Assembly (NCBI GenBank): GCA_013239625.1 | Contig: MU054098.1 | Span: 961,568 to 1,025,567, forward strand | From: Lama guanicoe | Taxonomy: Eukaryota | DNA length: 64,000 bases | Direction of reading: 5' to 3' | Shown here: one piece after another, positions 63,809 to 64,000 of the stretch | Layout of the letters: the number at the start of each line of letters is the position of its first letter | Numbering within the stretch: position 1 is the stretch's first letter | Notes under the pieces: generated by a model | Database searches by the model: none | What the model saw: only the letters and a program-made list of their open reading frames with translations | What the model was told of the DNA's origin: nothing | Program-made: the position numbers and the translations under genes

Positions 63809-64000
63809 ATACTACCTGATATTTATAGAATAAACAACAAGTTCATGCTGTATAGTGCAGGGAACCATATTAGATATCTTGTAGTAACTTATGGTGAAAA
63901 AGATTATGAAAGTGAATATATGTACATTCATGTATGACTGAAGCATTGTGCTGTACACCAGAAATTGATACAACATTGTAAACTGACTATACTTCAATAA
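63809..64000 (+). mobile_element. Younger LINE-1 3'UTR tip, running off the window end
   Basis: 'ataaacaacaagttcatgctgtatagtgcagggaacc...tgtgctgtacaccagaaattgatacaacattgtaaactgactatacttcaataa'. Confidence 0.85.

Noticed and set aside
1..64000. Prokaryotic-type systems (CRISPR array, operon, defence island), tRNA/rRNA genes, or a novel multi-gene system
   Set aside because: The DNA is mammalian and repeat-rich. I see no regularly spaced repeat-spacer array, no gene-dense ORFs and no recognisable structural RNA.

Overview
This is AT-rich, CpG-depleted mammalian non-coding DNA (intergenic or deep intronic). It is most likely from a cetartiodactyl, probably a camelid. That assignment is inferred from the L1 3'UTR types, a Tigger1-derived non-autonomous element, and the absence of Alu, Bov-A/BovB, PRE-1, CHR or SINEC SINEs. 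More than half of the window is LINE-1 of several ages. The rest includes L2 and MIR relics, MaLR/ERVL/ERV1 LTRs and MER5/MER58/Tigger DNA-transposon fossils. I can support no host protein-coding gene, RNA gene or CRISPR array. The only substantial reading frame (8585-9730) is the C-terminal part of L1 ORF2p in a young 5'-truncated insertion. I found no credible previously undescribed biological system. The window is instead a clear record of L1 insertion mechanisms: two 3' transductions bounded by target-site duplications (TSDs), two twin-primed (5'-inverted) insertions, a near full-length L1 with an endonuclease-to-RT internal deletion, a probable chimeric L1, a poly(A)-only insertion and deep nesting. 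One duplication is probably an assembly artefact and a second may be. A few weak exon and enhancer candidates lie in unique DNA. Repeat family names come from remembered consensus sequences, not a database search. Boundaries of old repeats are approximate.
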